DNA of 64,000 bases from Bigelowiella natans CCMP2755 (lineage: Eukaryota > Protista > Cercozoa). The stretch's first letter is position 1, and the number at the start of each line of letters is the position of its first letter. A model generated the notes under the pieces. The model searched no databases and was not told the origin of the DNA. It was given only the letters and a program-made list of their open reading frames with translations. The position numbers were made by a program, and so were the translations under genes. Shown here piece by piece: positions 63,349 through 64,000 of the stretch. The stretch lies in assembly GCA_000320545.1 (NCBI GenBank), contig ADNK01001529.1:36807-100806 (forward strand). The letters run 5' to 3'.

Positions 63349-63509
63349 CGCGAGAGAGAGCACAATTCTATTTGTCTTCGTCTCGTCTCGTGGCAAACGA
63401 ACTCCTCACACACACCTTGAGTAGCGATGGATCTTGTCGCATGAAAGAGACCTTTACCGTGCGAGGGGTGCCCATGTCAGAAGCATTGCTAGGTAGTTGC
63501 CACTTCACA

Positions 63510-63540
<31 letters not shown>

Positions 63541-63800
63541 GCACGCATACGCACGCACAAAAGAAATGCGAATCCTTTCCCTCCTGCGCCATCCAAAAAA
63601 GCCGTCATTGGAGAGATGCATATTGGCCTTATTCTACTCTCTCTCCTAACACTGCCATCCCCCCCCCCCCCCCCCCCTTTCCCCTTTCTCTCTTTTTATT
63701 CAGTCGCCCTTCCCCGAGAAGAACCTGATACAGAAGATAAGAGGGGGAATTTGGATGAAAGTTGCTTACCTTGAAGCATTATGTCAAACGCCTCAATGAG
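57928..63800 (-). CDS. ABCG (White-type) transporter, many small exons; 5' part incomplete/uncertain
   Basis: Signature CSGGERRRAAIG (~62680), Walker B ILLLDEPTTG, LDAASSVRLV, TIHQPRPE, MVLVGKGRVCYSG, TMD exons and terminal GYRFMAYLALTVVEIVL*. Walker A was not identified. Confidence 0.8.
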
Positions 63801-64000
63801 TTACCATTCTGATATAAAAAGCACGCAATTTTGACATAAACCGGGTATTTTCTGTTAATTTTTCGGAAACCTTCTAACTGGTGTAAACCCCCCCCTTTCT
63901 TCGGCCCCCTTATGTGGAGAAGGAGATTAAAACAATCCGGCCCCCCCTCCAGGGATACTTTATTCCTTGAAAAAGGGGAAAAGGGGGGGGGGGGGGGGGG

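Overview
Gene-dense, intron-rich eukaryotic (protist-like) nuclear DNA. Many introns are packed with microsatellites; a chlorarachniophyte/rhizarian-type genome is a guess from style only. About 13 host genes can be reconstructed: a giant repeated EF-hand protein, a degenerate CCR4/nocturnin-like EEP protein, a prolyl-4-hydroxylase-like 2OG oxygenase fused to two PHD fingers, an ankyrin protein, a GH63-like hydrolase, a membrane protein, a Rab20/24-like GTPase, an SDR, a phytochelatin-synthase-like protein, a small EF-hand protein, a RING-CH E3 ligase, a multipass membrane protein, OGG1 and an ABCG transporter. The standout is a ~7.5-kb DNA transposon (25199-32674) with terminal inverted repeats and a likely target-site duplication. 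It carries two divergent genes: a DDE-type transposase (DUF6589/Academ-like motifs) and a ParB-like + degenerate beta-class N4/N6 DNA-methyltransferase + PHD-finger protein. Five introns of the element share a 28-bp palindrome at the branch-point position. Much of the element has almost no TpA dinucleotides. One palindrome copy shows TA->TG at the four TA sites conserved among the other copies, which points to a RIP-like, A-to-G (TpA-targeted) hypermutation genome-defence process.
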